Shown here in pieces: positions 33,506-35,643 of a stretch of 35,643 bases of DNA (positions are counted from its first letter, which is position 1; each line of letters begins with the position of its first letter). The position numbers and the translations under genes are program-made. Origin of the DNA: a virus (taxonomy: Duplodnaviria > Caudoviricetes). Under the pieces are notes generated by a model. The model was given only the letters and a program-made list of their open reading frames with translations, was not told where the DNA came from and ran no database searches. The stretch is taken from positions 1-35,643 of the IMG/VR virus record IMGVR_UViG_3300049782_000106; one strand, given 5' to 3'.

Positions 33506-35138
33506 CGCAGCACCACCACCCTCCCGGAGCGGGCTCGCTTCTTCTTGCCAAGCCCCTTAGCGACAGCGTCGACACGGCACTGCCAAGCAAGAACCGCAGC
33601 CACGGCTGCGTCGATCTTCCTCGGCGACTCGGGGTGCTCCTTGGCGATCTGGATGCCCGATCTCGACTCGCGCCGCCGGGCGTTCAGGACGTGCCGGGTC
33701 AGGACGCTCGAACCGTCATGCGACAGCTCCCCATCCACGACCGACGAGCGGAACTTCTCCAACGCCCGCACGATCAAGTTCGACCGACCACCCGTCATCC
33801 ACCACTCGATCGGATGCTGCAGAGTCGACTTCACCTTCAGGCGCCTGCCGTGCTTGGCCTCCCACGTTGCGACGTGCGACTCCCACTTCGCCGGGTCGGC
33901 GTACATGCCGACCACCTTGTAGGTGCGGAATGCGTCCTCGACGGCGGCCAGAACTTCCACCGTCGGCACCTGCCAGTCTTCGCCGAATGGGCCGTCCGGC
34001 TGCTCCCAGCAGCCGATCAGGAACAGGTGTCCGTCCGAGACGCGGCAGCCCACCAGCGCGGTCGCGTCCGTCACGCCCCGCGAACGGCGGCGGGAGCCGT
34101 CGAAGCCCATGACGATCTCCTCGCCAAGCCCCACGACCTTGTCCGCTGCGGCCACGCCAGCCCACTCAGGCTGCGAGATCCACGAGTCCGAAGCGTGCGT
34201 GATCTGGTTCAAATAGAAGCGACGGGCGTCCTGCGGGTGCGTAGCGGGGTCCCATACCTCAGCTGCGATCCGCTCCAAGTCCACCCAGCCACCGGCAACG
34301 TCCGCTGAATCGCCGTACACGTAGCGCAGGCCGGCAAGCAGCGACTCCCTGTCAGCCATGTCAGTGCCGGCGTCCGCCTCGCGATGGTCGTACAGCAGGC
34401 CGTCGTCCTTCGCGCGGCCTTCCACGATCCGCTTCCAGTACTCGGCGGAATCCTCAGCGACGCTGCCCTCGCCGGGCAGATAGGCGTTCGGTGACTCGAT
34501 CGAGCTGCCGTTCGTCTTACCCAGGTTCCGGCGCAGCGTTGCGGCAAGCTTCACTCCGCCGTTGGACGGCCGCCATTCCTCCGTCTGGTCCAGCACACAG
34601 AAGACCGGCCGGTTGCCCTCCCGGGACGTGGCCGCGCTGGTGACGAACTCGATACGCCCCTTGGGTAGGTTCACGAAGGTGTCCAGCGGCTCCAGGCCTC
34701 TGTACTCGTCGATCGCCGGCCCCTCGCGGAGCATTTCAAGGAGGGGAGCCCAGGCGTTCCTGGTCTGGTCCTCGCTCACCGCCGCCAGCTGCACCCAAGG
34801 CGTCCGCAAGTCGCCCCATGGGCGCCCTACAGGCTCACCGTCTGCGTCCCAGCCGTCTGGCACCACCGGAGCCAGGGCCTCGGCACAAGCGATGGCGGCG
34901 AGGACAGGGCTTTTCCCCAACCCTTCGGCCGGGACAAGACGCCGCGCCGATACCTCCTTCGCCCTGTCCTCGGATCGATCGCGTAGAAGTTCAGGATGAA
35001 CTGAGCCTGCTCACGAGTGAGGACCAGCGGCTCGAACTCCGTTCGGTCCGGAGCCGCCAACATCTCGCCCATCCAGTCCAGCACCGTGTAGCCCAGAGTC
35101 GGCAACTCCCCTGGATAGCTAGGACCCCGCCACGGCAT
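33502..35138 (-). CDS. terL: terminase large subunit, split into two frames at about 34911-34917
   Basis: 5' frame ...RRGVLSRPKGWGK| joins the -1 frame |SPVLAAIA...; Walker B VLDQTE; nuclease GFDGS and KIDAAVA. Confidence 0.9.
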
Positions 35139-35598
35139 CGCCACCCCCAGGAAGAACCTTCAGGTCCGCGTACCGCTGTTTCGACGAGCTGACGGCCGGC
35201 CGCTTACTGTCGGCCTCGTCAGCTTGGGCGAACTGCATGCGCAGTCGGGCCCGGTCCTCCGGGGTCGCTCCGAACTTCGCCACCCGCAGCCTTAGCTCGC
35301 CGGCCGCGGAAATTTCGCCCGACCAGAACCGGGCATGCACCAGGGCCGTGTCCAGGAGGAAGTCCCAGTCCGTCGAGGAGAAGTGTTCGGCCTGGGGGCT
35401 CGCCTTCCACATCTCCCACCAGTCCAGTGTCCGCTCGGGCCAGGGGATCTCGACAAGCTCACCCTCGACACGGACCTTGAAAGGCGGAAGCTCAGGAGGC
35501 TCGGCCTGCTCGAAGCGAAGAACGGTCTGCGGCACCGGGTCCCGGTTGGCCCGAGCCCGGCGCGCAGGGTCCTTCGGCTGAGGGCCGCGGCCGGCCAT
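35119..35598 (-). CDS. terS: terminase small subunit
   Basis: MAGRGPQPK..WWEMW..TDWDFLLDTA..ELRLRVAKFGATPEDRARLR. Confidence 0.85.
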   Translation of the reverse strand: MAGRGPQPKDPARRARANRDPVPQTVLRFEQAEPPELPPFKVRVEGELVEIPWPERTLDWWEMWKASPQAEHFSSTDWDFLLDTALVHARFWSGEISAAGELRLRVAKFGATPEDRARLRMQFAQADEADSKRPAVSSSKQRYADLKVLPGGGDAVAGS

Positions 35599-35643
35599 GA
35601 CCACCACCACCCTCCAAGATCACGAATTCCCCAGACCCGTAGC

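Noticed and set aside
20714-33922. Long + strand ORFs (e.g. 20714-22225, 23471-25729, 31976-33922; also 3-1307)
   Set aside because: Antisense shadows of real high-GC genes, with no motifs or RBS

Overview
About 35.6 kb of a temperate siphovirus of a high-GC actinomycete, most likely Streptomyces (judged from GC content, gene families and leaderless promoters). Most genes are on the - strand. From the right end: terminase (large subunit split by a -1 frame shift in its Walker A motif), portal, head genes, a GT4 glycosyltransferase coupled to the major capsid gene, head-tail joining genes with an antisense DUF4429-like moron, tail genes with the classic G/GT frameshift, tape measure, Dit and tail tip, then a lysis cassette with a DEDDh exonuclease between endolysin and holin. 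A ~6.5 kb accessory region follows: serine resolvase with res site, XRE/HTH/GntR regulators, Ku, DNA-damage-type promoters and two small structured transcription units encoding micropeptides. Next come an intact attP, a tyrosine integrase, a repressor/Cro switch and a chain of small early genes ending in a two-domain beta-clamp homologue. Phage DNA lies on both sides of the att site, so this looks like the attP (excised or virion) form. The attP core encodes the C-terminus of an agmatine deiminase (IHCITQQQP), which predicts the integration target. All calls come from reading motifs by eye; no searches were run.
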